Below, in pieces: positions 23,331 through 36,169 of a DNA stretch of 64,000 bases. Location: assembly GCA_013239625.1 (NCBI GenBank), contig MU054212.1:2976001-3040000 (forward strand), given 5' to 3'. The position numbers and the translations under genes are program-made. Source of the DNA: Lama guanicoe (taxonomy: Eukaryota). Each line of letters begins with the position of its first letter. The stretch's first letter is position 1. The notes under the pieces were generated by a model. The model searched no databases. It was given only the letters and a program-made list of their open reading frames with translations, and had not been told where the DNA came from.

Positions 23331-23621
23331 AGCCGCACTGGAGCATTTACAGAGTGCTGAGAGGGGCAGAGAGAAAAAGGGTAACTTCCCCAGCGCCTGC
23401 AGAAAACATCGCATTTGAGGTGGGCTGGAGAGAGAGAGCAGAGTTCAGCGGAATGAAAGAGGTGGTGGAAACCCATCTAGATGGAGGGGATGACGTGTGT
23501 TCAGGTCTTTACGGGACAGAAGGGCTTGGCTTCAGGGACTGGGTCAGAGGATGAGGCCGTGAGGCGGGAAATGGGATATAGGGTAGACGTGAGTGTGGGA
23601 CACTTAAAAAGGGGATGACAT

Positions 23622-24087
23622 TGTGTTAGTTTCCTATTGCTGCTGTAACAAATGGCCACAAACCTCATGGTAACACAAATTTATTACCTTATAGTTCTGA
23701 AGGTCAGGAATCTAACATCAAGGTGTCATCAAGGCTGTGCTCCTTCAGGAGGCTCTGGGGCAGAAACCATCTCCTTGTCTTTTACAGCTTCCAGAGGTTG
23801 CCTGCATTCCTTGGCTTGTGGTCCCTTCTTCATACCCCTCCAATCTCTTTGCTTCCATGGTCACATCCCCTACTACTCACTCTGCTCCTCTCACCTCCCT
23901 TTGATAAGGACCCTTGTCATTACATTCGGCCAAACTGGATAGTCCAGGATATTCTCATATCAAGATTATTATTAATCTAATCACACCTGCGATATCCCCT
24001 TTTTCGTGTGAGATGACATATTCACAGTTTCCAGAGATAGAATGTAGACATCTTTATCTGGGTGGCATTATTCATCCCCCTCCCATG
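23622..24087 (-). mobile_element. MLT1 (ERVL-MaLR) solo LTR
   Basis: tgtgttagtttcctattgctgctgtaacaaat...ccttatagttctgaaggtcag...ataaggacccttg...gacatattcacagtttcc. Confidence 0.88.
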
Positions 24088-24254
24088 TATATGATAAAAT
24101 TGGCATTTAAAAATTGATGGATGAAGAGAGAAGGGAGTTAGGGAGGCCAGCTAAAAGGCTGATTAATATTTCAGAGGAAGGATAATCACATCACGGACTA
24201 AGACAGTGGCCGTAAGGAGAGAGAGGTAGCGTCCTACTGCAGATGTTGGAAGGT

Positions 24255-24345
24255 AGATGCATTCTCAAAGCTTCATTCTGAGCATTTGCATTTCTAACAG
24301 GCTCCCAGGTGATGCCCTGGGGGCTGGCTCTTGAACCCAGCCTGA
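24255..24345. mobile_element. MER5-type hAT-Charlie fragment
   Basis: atttgcatttctaacaggctcccaggtgatgcc. Confidence 0.7.
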
Positions 24346-25169
24346 ATAGGATGCCCTGAGGAACATCAACATTCAAGGGGGGCACTTAGGAACACAAAAG
24401 ACTGAACCCATGGAATCTGAGAGGTCAGAAGGGTCCCAAGAAGAGGCGGTGGCCTGAAGCTACCAGGTGAAGAGATGATTCTAAGGAGGATGTGGTCCAC
24501 AGAGGAAAAGGAAGATGCTGAAAACTGCCCATAGATTGGGTCTCATTCATTGATGCGCTTCATGAAAACGGTTTTCTTTTTTAAAGAGAGGCTTTTAGAA
24601 TCAGAGAAAAATAACTATTGCTCGGCCGTGTAACTTATGGATATTTACATGTTGGCTTATAATCTGATTGTCATAACATTTTAAAGCAATTCCCTCTACC
24701 CACCTCGAGACCGATGTATTCGTTTCCAGTCTCCTGGAGTGGCATTTAACACAATCAAATTTGATGTTACAGTCATTCTATCATTAGAACACTGGATCAA
24801 ATAATCATTTTTATTTGCTTCCCAGATGATCACCAAGAAATACTCTTTGTCGTCAAGGTCTTATTGGTATCTGTGGACTTTCGTCTGCCTGGTGCAGGGT
24901 TGGCAGGTTCAGTGAACAAAGGAAAGCACACCGAGATGAGTAAGCGAGTTGGTCTGTGTATTTGTTTTGTGAGCCTGGTTGAAGCAGGTCGATGGCTAGT
25001 GAATAAGGTTTGCTGCCACTGACTGAGAACGGACCATGTGTCCCGCAGACTTCCGTGCATTCTGCTGGGTCAGCTCCCGCCCCTCAGGGAGGCAGGGGTT
25101 ATGACTTTCTTCAGAAGAGCAATCTGAACTTCAGGGTTGTTAAGTAAACTATTCTAGATGGCACAAATC

Positions 25170-25690
25170 TGGTATTTCATTGAATTTCAGATGTCATCGG
25201 TTGTAAGACCCACCACGATTTTAAGTACCACTGAGAAAGCAAAAATTATCTCTACAACGGTAGCACAGTGATTTCTTTATGCCTTGGAATTTTTTTATTA
25301 TATACTTATTGGAAAGGTTCTTGTACCCATTTGGGCATTGATTTCTCTCCTATATATCTCTTGTGCATATGTAAGAAGGAAAATATAAATGAAATAAATT
25401 GGTTATTTTCAGAGTGTGGCTTTTATGAATGAATTTCCAACTTGGAGTCAGCAACATTCGTGTTTCGTGTACAGGCTCATCCTCTATGCCTTCAAATGTT
25501 GGTGATGTAGCATTTCCTAAAGGAGTCCTCCTCTGCTGTCTCTAGGATTCCCTTCTGAGCCATTCCATGAGTTTTATGCCTGTGTAAAGGCAATGCCAAC
25601 TATGGCCAACTACTGGTGGCTGACAGCAACTATAAGATGTATTTTGATTTCAGAAATATTAAAGTGTGAGTAAAGGTGTATCTATAGGTT
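25170..25690. mobile_element. Kanga1-like TcMar-Tc2 DNA transposon
   Basis: Starts ggtatttcattgaatttcagatgtcatcggttgtaagac (same terminus family as 22592); ends ataagatgtattttgatttcagaaatattaaagtg. Confidence 0.65.
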
Positions 25691-27999
25691 CAAATTGAGG
25701 TCTGTCTCTCTCTTACCCCAGACACAAAGGAGGCTTTTGTCTTCTGGTTCCAGAAGTCAGTGCTTCACACCGAAGGGCAGGAGCAAGAGCTGGCTTTGAG
25801 AGCTACACTCTAATTTCTTTAGCTCCTTACCTCTCACACAGCTGCTAAGATCTCCTGTGTTTCCTTTCAAACCTCTGAAGAAGGCGGCTTGGTGAAACTT
25901 TGTGGGAAAAGGGAAAATCAAAACCCAACGAAGAACTTGTTCTGGTCTTGTTCCGTTTCAACACTTGCTGATGATTTCAGCGGAAATTCTCTGGAGCCCA
26001 CAATTCCGTAAACACCGACATCTCCAGGGCACGAGGGGTCTGCTTCTCCATTCTGTGCAACGGGATTGGTTAAGAGAATTGTGAAGTTTTCCAGATGCAG
26101 ATGACAATCGCTCTGAGGAAATGGCTGTTCCGAACCTCCTTGGAATGCTTGAACTGCAGGGCTCATAACCTACCACCTGCAGCCACGCTGGGCTGAAAAC
26201 ACCACCATCTGTCAGGGAGAAAAAGCCTCACGTCCCTAGGTTTTGGGGGGCAATCTACATCCTCATAACTCAATCTTAACACATAATTCAATCTGCCTGC
26301 TGAGATGATCGCTACCTCACCGACATCCAGAAGGACAGATCACACTGAGGAAGGTCACCCAAGATGCTCCTGGTTCGTGCACGAAGATGCCTCCGTCCGT
26401 GTTTTCCGTCTTCCCATTTCCAGTGTTCTTTGAACACCAGTGTTTGTTTATTTGATTGTTTTATATTTGGGCAGCTGGGGACTGAGATATTTCTTTTCTG
26501 TTTGTTTCTCCAACTCTTTTTACAGTTTAACAAGTCAAATACAAAACTCGGGGGAGTTAATAAGCCCCGTGATGGTGCTGTGAGTAGCCTCCCATTATTG
26601 ATTGGAAATACTGCATTGGAACGCCGCGGAACAGCCCCAGACCAAAACTTTCAGACGCCTGAAGCTTTGAGCTTTCCAATTAGGCTGGAAGTTTCCCTTG
26701 ATAACCAGGAGTGCTGAAGCTTTTAATATTGTTTTGGCCTATCTGTTCTCAGCAACATTTTTCTAGTTATGAAGGCCAGCGGATCACTTGATGCCAGCGA
26801 GGTAGCTCATCCAACACACTTGCACGCTTTCTGATCAAATATCCAATCTGAAAAGAAAAGAAAAAAAATCTTCAGCTTAACGTAAACTGATCATAATTGG
26901 GAGCAATTCTTCCTTCCCGTCTTCAACCCTATCTCCTCCTGTGCAGCCTGCTTTGCATCCAAAGATACATTTGAAAGTCGAAATCCCTTAGAGCTAAATA
27001 TTCTAAACTGACAGAAGAATTTCTAGTGGCACAGCAGCCTAGAGCCATGTTTTTATGAGGACATCACTTTTTATTTCTAAGCGTCAGTATGCACTCTTGC
27101 TTCCTTACTGCTGGGAGCCACGCCACATCAACTTGTCTCCCTCTCAAGCTTTTAATGTTTTTTTAATGGAGTCCGGTTTTCCGCCTAAGTTATGGCTAGC
27201 TTTCTGACAAACCATCAGACACCCAAGTAACCAGAATGGACGTGTCCAGATGGGACATGGGGAAGAGGCCACTGAAAAACTTCCCTGCCTTTGAACACCA
27301 CCATCTTATAATAATTCGTTTTCACCTGGCCCTGGTTTGGCCGTAAAGGTTCAAAGGGGCTTAAGAAAAACACTTGAAAAATGAATATGTGATCTGAAGT
27401 CTTTTCTTGTAAGCCACAAGCCAAAGCAATTGTTTCTAAATCTGGCTGGTGTGGCGAGCATGCTGCCTGAACAGTGAAACAGCAGGACTGCTGAGGTTTT
27501 TTCTCAAGCATAGAATCGCTCGTGGAGAGCTGAAGTTCGTTGTCTGATGAAATGACGCAAGCACCCTTTGCGGGTACCTGGTTGTTGAGAAGAACTTAAG
27601 AAAATCATTGTGAATTAAAATGAATGATGAATCACTGCAGATGCAAATTCATCAGGGAAGGTGGCCTTTCTGTGATAAAGGATGAAGTCTGTGCTCTTGA
27701 AAGTCAGCAATTTGGATGGCTTTATCTATACAATTTGGAAGACGTTTGCAGAACATTTGGTAATTAAATATGCCCTCAGCTGAGAAATAACGCCTGGGGT
27801 TGTCCTGCTGGTAAGTGCAAGGTAAGTGTTCTCTCTGTGCCTGGGTTTTAAGAGTTTTGCTTGGAATCACGTGCGGCTCCCGGGTGTGAGGCTACACGGT
27901 CTGGACAATAATATGAGTAAATGTCATGACTAAGAAACAGGCAGAGTTCATCCTCCCAGTTTCACAACAACTGACTCTTTCTTGGGATTCATTTTGCAG

Positions 28000-28277
28000 C
28001 TCCAATATCTCCCCCTCCCCAGGGAAGCCTTCCCACCCACCCACGTTAGCTCACTTCGTAACCTCACCTTCCTTGTTTTTCTTTCACTAATCATTGCCTG
28101 AAATTATCGTCTTCATCAGTTTGCTGGTTTGTTGATGCCTCTGCCTGGTGGAGAATCAGCTCCTTGAGAGCAGGACGTTGTCTGTCTCCTTCATCACTGG
28201 CCCTCCAGCTGCCAGAAGCAGTGCCTGGCACATTGCAGGTCCTCAGTAAGTAGCGAATGAATGGATGAATGAATGAA
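28000..28277 (+). mobile_element. L2 3' end
   Basis: agctccttgagagcagg...cagtgcctggcacattgcagg...(tgaa)n tail. Confidence 0.85.
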
Positions 28278-30112
28278 AGCAGAATTTTGACCACAACATA
28301 GCTCCAAAGGGAGTGATGGAACACTGAATAGCTCAGGAGCTGGGTATAAGATATGAATGTATATGGCGTCTAAAATGAGGTTAGGAATTATCTTTGTACT
28401 GGGAAAAAAATCCCCTCAACACGAGGCACGGCATCTGATATTTCACACTGTCAAAGGCTGGTTCATGGAGCGGCCCTGGGGAGAAGACCTGGCGCTGTGT
28501 TCACTCCGTCGACGAGCGCCGGACGGAGGAGGCCCTCTCAGAACACGCACCGGCCGGGCAGCCTGGGGCCGAGACCCACAGCAACAAGTTCCCTGGGTTG
28601 ACGGGGGCCATCCTCTCCAGGGTGGGAATTCTCTGAACAAAGCTTGAAATTCCTTGAACAAAGACCTCTTCCTTGGGCAACGGAGAGAACAGCATTTTAG
28701 CACTCGATGAGCGTTCGGGTGCATTCTGTGAAGCCAGTCCTCGCCGCCTCTGACATCGCTGAAGACCGTTCTTGCCAAAAAAGCAGTTTGGCTGATGGAG
28801 TCGAGATTCATTAGAAAGATTAGTAACTTAAAGAAAAGTACTTCTTTGAATTTGATGTATTTTACAGGAAGGGGCCTAGTTTGATGTTGCCCAGCTTAAC
28901 TTTTCATCCAAATTGCCCTTGAGGAGTGTGTTTTAATCTGATGCATTTTTATCCCTATCTTCTGAAGTGGCATTTTTATTTTTTTGAAACAGGAGGATAG
29001 AGTAACTTGGAAAGCAGCTTTTATTCACTCCAAGGACAACTAACGCGCATACAACCAAGGGCAGAGTTGGTCTCTAGGTGCATATATCAGCCTCAGGGTG
29101 TCATGGGTGCCTGGGTCTTACTCAGGAAACTCTTAAAAATAATTACCTTGTGATTAGTATCTGATGCCAAGGGTATCTTTTCATTTTAAAAGTCTGAAGT
29201 CTTTATTTCCTTGAGACAATGAATGAACTTCTTTTCACCTTGTTCTTGGCTGTTTTTCTTCTATTATCTTAATATAGACACATGCATGCCGGCAGGCTGC
29301 CCCTGCCAATGGTAGCTTTTCCAACAAAACAGTTTCTCTTCATATTATAATTCCAGTCTAGTCACATTAGAAATATTTATTAATCCCATTTTTTATAGGT
29401 AAGGTGTACCTTCTCTACTAAGTGGTGTATACATGGAAAAACAGAGTTAATATTTTCTTACGGATTCTATCTAGTGCTGCCGTTGGGTATGGCTACCAAT
29501 GGAAGCCATCTGGAGGATGAGTTTACAAGTTTAACCAATGTGGTAAAGAGATCGAGACACAATAGTGCTCTTCCCAGCTACAGCTCATTCATCAAATCCT
29601 GGTCACCTTAGAAAGACTTTTTGAAAATGGGTTTGGGGGCAATTTCATGTCCAGCCTTTAATCTCTATCCACCGCCTGTCTCTCTCACCACTTCAGCGGT
29701 TCCAGTGGACGGTGGATACTGCATGGGTGATGGCAGTGACTGCACCGTAACCCACATACGGAAAAGCCATAATCAATGAGCTTTGGCTCTGATGTCAAAG
29801 AGCCACAGCCTACCCGTCTGTCGGGGGGAAGGGTTAGGGATTGTCCGGCTGTGGTTATGGGCTCTTGAAAAATAAGCAGCCAATGAAGTCTGCTTCTAGG
29901 GAGGGACATATATGTGAACAGACTATTTGGGGGGAAAAATTAATGTAAACGCCCCTTTGGTGGACTTATTTAAAGTACTTCGTCCGTGTTTTCTAGAATA
30001 GAGATGTGCGGAAGAAGGGCATGCTGTGAAGCTGGTAGGAGCCTTAGCTAGAGTTCTCCGAAGGAAAGAGATGGCCTTCTAGAATTTGTCATCAAAGTGT
30101 TTCACTGAAGGC

Positions 30113-30241
30113 GGGAGGGTATAGCTCAGTGGCAGGGCGTATGCTTAGCACACACGAGGTGCTGAGTTCAATCTCCAGGACTCCCATCAAAAGAAATCAA
30201 TCAATCAATAAACCTAAGTACCTACCCCTACCAAAAAAAAA
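30113..30241 (+). mobile_element. Vic-1-type SINE
   Basis: gggagggtatagctcagtgg...gagttcaatctccag...aaacctaagtacctacccc plus A tail. Confidence 0.88.
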
Positions 30242-30281
30242 TTTCATTATGTCCCCCCACCCAACTCACCGCCCCCCCCCC

Positions 30282-30291
30282 NNNNNNNNNN
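30282..30291. other. Assembly gap (10 N)
   Basis: Run of n next to a poly-C tract. Confidence 1.
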
Positions 30292-33200
30292 CACCCAACT
30301 CCCCCCCCAGAAAAAAAAGGAGTGAGAGAAGGGAACACCTGGAAGCAGGGAGAAGGGGAAGAAGGATGGGGAATGGATGGGACCACACTGGAGGCTGAGC
30401 TGTAACTGGGGAGGAAAGGGTTCCTTTAAGAAGCTTGCCTGTAACATTTAACTGATGCCTTTCATATGACATCTTGACTTAATAAAGAGACTAGCAGCAG
30501 GAAAAAGAAAAGAAAAATGAAAGAAAAATCCCCAGCAAGACAATAAAAAGTTTCCTCCTCACACCCACCGCCAGGGGGGTTTTTCCTTTGTACCTCAGAG
30601 CTTCGCCCACTGAAACTCATCCTTTCAGGCTGGAAATGCCCCCCAAACATTTGAAGCTTCACAGCCACCCCTTGGGGTGAGAGGTTTTCACAGTGTTCTC
30701 CCGGGCGCGTCCCCAGGGAAGGCCAGGGAGCGGGGGGGGGGGGGCGTCTTTCTCTCCCTCATGGGGAGGCAAATGTCCTTCTCCCGGCCAGCCGGCCAAC
30801 AAAGGACAGAACTGCAAAGTTCTTGCCCCAACCCGTGACCCCGGGGCCCGAAGGCAAAACTCTTTATCTCTGGGTCCTAGTAACAGAAGCTACCCCCACC
30901 CCCGGACCTGCAACTGTGCTTGATGGTGTGACCAGAAACCTTTGATGGAATTATTATTACCTCCTCATGCTCTGCCCAGCCATTTCTTATTCTGTATATT
31001 TTCCAGAGCTGTGGGAAACTTTCATAACCAAGCCTAAACCAGGCGAAAACTTGTTCTATTTGGAATTTGTAATGAAGTCAAAACATGGCCTGGATTTTCT
31101 GAAAGGCTCCCTTGGCTGCCTGCAACAGCCCCGGGGCACAATCAGACAGGGATGGAGAAGGCCTGGGAGCAGACTTTGTTACCAAGAATAGGACAGAACA
31201 ATATTTGCCTCCAAAACACGAGGGCCGCTCTTTACCTTCTCAGCTGGAGGAAGTGAGAGAGAAATGCAGATCTCACAGAAAGCGCAAATACCAATTCTTT
31301 CATCTCCAATGTTCAGGATTCTTTTTTTTTTTTGCCCTCCCGTAACTCCCTCTAAACAAAAGGTTAGGGAGAATTTTTAGCATATTTGATTTCCTGACCT
31401 AAGGGAAGAAATTCTTTATTTTGGAACTTTTGACACTTCCCCTACCCCCCAAGAGCTGTTACTTTGCTTGAAAGGGAAATTTGGAGGAGACGGAAATAAA
31501 AATTGCTAGGCATGTGAAGTGATTTCGGGTCTGAGAGCGCCTCCCTTTGTGCGCCGTGCCTGTTGCTGGGTGTGGGGGGGGGGCAGGGACAGACTGAAAG
31601 ACCAAGCCTCGCTCTGTTTGGATGGAAACTTCACCTACTTTTCAGAAGCTCTCGCAAACGATTTACTGGCTTAAACCTGATCCCTCAGAAAGAGTCTCAG
31701 TCTGTAACTTACAAAAGCTGTGCGTGGCAAGATGGAGTTCCTCATTTTTATTTAAGTCAAGGGCTCATTGTCAGAGGGGGTTCGGTCCCCTCACTGTTTC
31801 AGAGTGCCTGCTTATTTATTTATTTTTACCATGGTTGCAAGAATCTCCTAAGGCCCTCATTTCACTGCTGAAAGCCGAGTAGGGGAACTTGAATTTTATG
31901 CCCCCAGGCTTGAATGAAGGAATAAAAACAGCACAACATTTGCATCTACTTAAGGGCCTGAGTTCTAAGAGCCCCCATCACAGTCAGAGGAGGAAAACCA
32001 TTTCTGGAGGTTAAGTGAAGCTCTTCTGAGATATTTGCCAAAAGCACAATTAAGAGGAAGATAATGGCTGGCAGAAATGACCTCGGAATTCAAGGCCTGA
32101 AGATTGAAAACACAGAGCCGAGCAAGGTGCTTTCTCTTGCTCCCCTGCCCACCCCGATATCAACGAGCATCAGCTAAAGGTGCTGAAGAACCAATTTCAT
32201 GCGTCTACTGTACGAGGGAATGAACTGAGCCAAGGGCAAAAATAAAATTATACAAATGTTATTATAGACTAGCCTGCTTCTGTCCTAGTTTAATTCAAAT
32301 TTCAGTGCTGCGGGCTTGGCTCCGGGCAGTAGCCTTCCTGCATAAATCAACATTTGCTTACATCTAAATTATTAGGGGAGCATGTGACTTTGTTTATTGT
32401 ATAAATTATACGCAAGGTTAAAGCATTAACTGTTCAACTGGTTTCGTTCAGTCACCACACCGGCTCTCCCCACCCCCCCCTCAAGTCCGCTCTCCCCCAG
32501 ATAGGAAAGAAAACTCTGCAATCATTGTTTTTTTTTTCTTAGACAAACCCAATCACAGCACCGCAAAGCCTTGTGAACCTGAGGTTGTGTGGGCAGGGGG
32601 CTGAAGGGAGGATGGGAGACAGTCTTCATGGTTAGAAAAAAGGAAGGAGCCCCCAAAATGGTTCATGAGAACCCTGATCTGGTGTCTGCACCCAGTGAAA
32701 CGGTGCTCTGGTAAATAATCAGTTAAGCTGGTTAAGGCAGCCAACCAAATGGGCTAATTTAATATAAAACTAAAGAAAGCCTTGTGGCTAGGGTTTCAAT
32801 AGGCAAGGAATTTCAAACTATGCGGCAATGTTGGACCCAAACATCTTTATTGCTTTTATCTATTAGAAGAAGAAAGTTACACATGGACCCTCTGGAAAAT
32901 GCATTTAAGAACAATGGAGGTTTTGGGGTTTCATTTTTTGTTTTTGTTTTTGTTTTTTGTCTCTGCACGTCACTGTGAGTGTCTCTTGAACGCTCATTCA
33001 TATGTATTGGGAAAATAAGAATGGGGCTTCATAATTAGATAATTTGACCCTCTAAGTATTTAGATAAACCAGATATCAAGCATGTCCCACTTTGAGAACA
33101 TTCAATTTAAATAACTATCAAGACAAATCAGAAGCAGTTAATTTGCTTTGTGAAAGGTTCTGCTGTCTATAAGAGCATCCACAGTAGGCGTCTTGGAAAT

Positions 33201-33474
33201 TTTGACCTTTTCCCACAGTAATAAGTGAATTTACAAAATTGTAAATTAAATTCAAGTGAAAAGATTCAATTCAATCTTTTCCAAGAATATCTGTGTGTGT
33301 CTTTCTTTCTCAAGACTCCTAGAAACACGGCAGGTCAGAAGATTTTTGTATAGCATGATCCTCTACAGGAAATAATTCGAATGTAAAGTATGTTCAAGAG
33401 GAGAAACAGTTTCCCATTCAGCCGACTTCCAATTCTTCCTATTTGGATCCTAGATCAGGCTTTGAGATCTTGAA

Positions 33475-33610
33475 AGGCGATTCTCCAAATGTGGTCAGTG
33501 GGACTTCTATCCACAGAATCACTCAGGAGTGGAGCCCAAGAGTGTGCACTGTAGCACATGTCCCTGTGATTGGGTTGTGCACAAACTAACATTTGGGAAC
33601 CACTTTTACA
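33475..33610. mobile_element. MER5-like hAT fragment
   Basis: ttctccaaatgtggtc...cagaatcac...tttgggaaccact. Confidence 0.55.
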
Positions 33611-33803
33611 GAATCTAATACGGAAGCAAACAATATCGCTCTGTCTACTCTTTACTTCATGGGCTTCACATCATCTCCTCTTCAAGGTGTCCTGGAGCTC
33701 AGCCCAAACTAAAACGGACTCCCAACCCCTGCCCAGCTTTGTTTGGCCAAGGGAGGGTATCTTTGGAGCATTCTTATTCACTCCCTGGTAGGTCCTGATT
33801 TGT

Positions 33804-34039
33804 TTGTTTGTTTTTAGATTTGAATGAAAATTTGTTTTTATTTTTAATTTTTTTTAACATTTTTAAATTGAGTTACAGTCATTTTACAATGTTGTGTCAA
33901 ATTTCAGTGTAGGGCACAATTTTTCAGTTATACATGAACATACACATATTCATTGTCACTTTTTTTTTCACTGTGAGCTACCACAAGATCTTGTATATAT
34001 TTCCCTGTGCTAAATAGTATAATCTTGTTGATCTATTCC
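33804..34039 (-). mobile_element. Young camelid-type L1 3' end
   Basis: ttgagttacagtcattttacaatgttgtgtcaaatttcagtgtag...; TSD ggtaggtcctgatttgt (33787) / ggtaggtcctgagttgt (34040). Confidence 0.9.
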
Positions 34040-34164
34040 GGTAGGTCCTGAGTTGTACTGAGACAATGAGCTTATACAGAACTACAGTTCTATTTGAAAT
34101 AATTTATCAGATATAAAACTAAATTGCTTTCTAGTCAAGTTGGTATTTTTAAGCAATAGCTTTT

Positions 34165-34377
34165 TAAAAATTAAAAAAAATGTTTAAACACAATTTTTAA
34201 AGTTTACACTCCATTTACAATTATAAAATATTGGCTGTATTCCACATATTGTACAATACATCCTTGTGGCCTCTCTAACACCCAGTAGCTTGTCCCTCCC
34301 GCTCCCGGACTCTTCTATTGCCCGCTGCCTTCATAACCCAGTAATCGCCAGTTTGTTTTCTAGGTCTGTAAGTCTGC
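34165..34377 (-). mobile_element. Artiodactyl-type L1 3'UTR fragment
   Basis: ataaaatattggctgtattcc...gtacaatacatccttg; TSD ttaagcaatagctttt (34149) / ttaagaaataactttt (34378). Confidence 0.8.
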
Positions 34378-35716
34378 TTAAGAAATAACTTTTCCATGGC
34401 AGCATATCAGAATGTAGAAAGCGGAAACTTTGGAATCAGACAACCCTGGTTTCAAATCAGTTTCATTGTTTCACCTTCCTGGGATGTTTGGCAAAACTCG
34501 AATATCAGTTTCCCTGCTTGTGACATGGGAAGATTAAATTGTAAACACGACGGCTTTGAGAGAAGAATGAATCATGTGCAAGGAGTGCGTGGGATGGATA
34601 ATAATTACTGTCATTCACCACTTACAAGTAGCTGTCGGGTCCACAAATGGTGGCCACGAACAAGACAAGCTGTGGAGAGCTGAGGAGATACTGGGCGAAT
34701 TCCTGGGGTGCACAGAAAACTGCTGAAAACGGCTCACCCTTAGTGTCAAGCCTACTCCTAACTATTATTTCTTGATGGCAGTTCTAAGATGTTTTACGAG
34801 AAGCTAAATTATTTTTTCAATCTCTCTTTGATTATCCATGAAACTGAAAATGAGTGCAGTTAACGTAAACAAAGTCTATGTGATGTTGATATAGTCTTTC
34901 TATAAATGTGTTATATAAATAAGTATAGCAATATTCAATTTAAGTTCAATGCAAGCCAAAAGGATTCAGTTCTTTGTCTGTCCCCAGTGCCATCCTAGGC
35001 TGATGGAATTTGTCCCTGACAAAGGTATGAATGTAATAATGTAACACACACATTTAATTTAGAGTCACAAATCAACTGAATCACACATTTAAAGATAAAA
35101 TTTTGGAGTATTTTAGGAGAAGCAGGGTGTTATGCATATTGTAGTTTGGATAAATACTCTTTATAGTGGCAGGAACATTGCCTGAGAATGCCTGTCTCAA
35201 CAGCTGTGACTCGGATTCTGCAGGTATTTGTCAGGGCTGAAATTAATAAATTACAGGGGAATCAATGGATTCCATTCTTTTTGGCTTACAGAGGCACTTT
35301 ACATCGCTGGGTGAATTTGAATGACAAGAACTATTTTTCAGCTTTAAAATTGGGAAGCTTAATGAATGTCATGTAATCTCTGAAGCATTTTGAAATAGTT
35401 GGGTTTTTAAAAATAATTTCTTCATCATAGATAAATAAAATATGTATTCCCACGTCAAAGGATATTGAAGTAGAAAAGGAAGACAAACAAAGACCATGGG
35501 AGCTGGTTGTGGCAGAAGTTGGGACCAACACCCATATCACGTTAGTGTGGTGACTCCCATCCACCCTCACCTGCACGTGTGGGAGTTAGTGGTGGATGTG
35601 ATTTGTTTGGTTGGTGAGCGTCGTTTTCCAGGGTGTGCTGGAATTTCTGGAAGAGTTAAGTTGACTGTCAGGTTTGAGTCGTGCAGAGCTGTAAGAGGAG
35701 AACTAGACAACATAGA

Positions 35717-36169
35717 TGTATCCGTTTGCTGTTGCTGTGTAACAAACCACCCTAAAACTTAGAGGCTTAAAACAATGACCAGCTATTTGGCATACGATTC
35801 TGGGGGTTGGCAATTCAAGCCAGGCTCTGTTTTGGTTTGCTCTTTCTCGTGTGTCTGTTACAGCTCCTGGGTTGACTAGATGAGGTTTCCAGAGGTTGGC
35901 TGACCTTCCTCCTCACTGTCTCGCCTCCTGTCTAGGCTGTGATGAGTTTATTCCCACAACAATGGCAGAGTTTTAAGAGGAAGTGAAAACATATGAGGCC
36001 TCCTGAGGGTCTGTCTTCATTTAGTCTTCTGTCACTTCCACTGCCTGCTACCAGCCCAAGCAAACAACAAGGCTAGCCTTCTTGATGAGAGAGGCTGCAG
36101 AGTCACATTTCAAAAGGCAAGGATGCAGGGAAGAGAGGATTGCAGCCATTTCTCAACCAACTGACCAGA
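35717..36169 (-). mobile_element. MLT1 (ERVL-MaLR) solo LTR
   Basis: tgtatccgtttgctgttgctgtgtaacaaaccaccctaaaacttagaggcttaaaacaa...ctgtcacttccactgc...tgcagccatt. Confidence 0.85.

Noticed and set aside
30250..30310. Direct repeat cacccaactc plus poly-C on both sides of the gap
   Set aside because: Most likely an unmerged contig overlap, not a real duplication.
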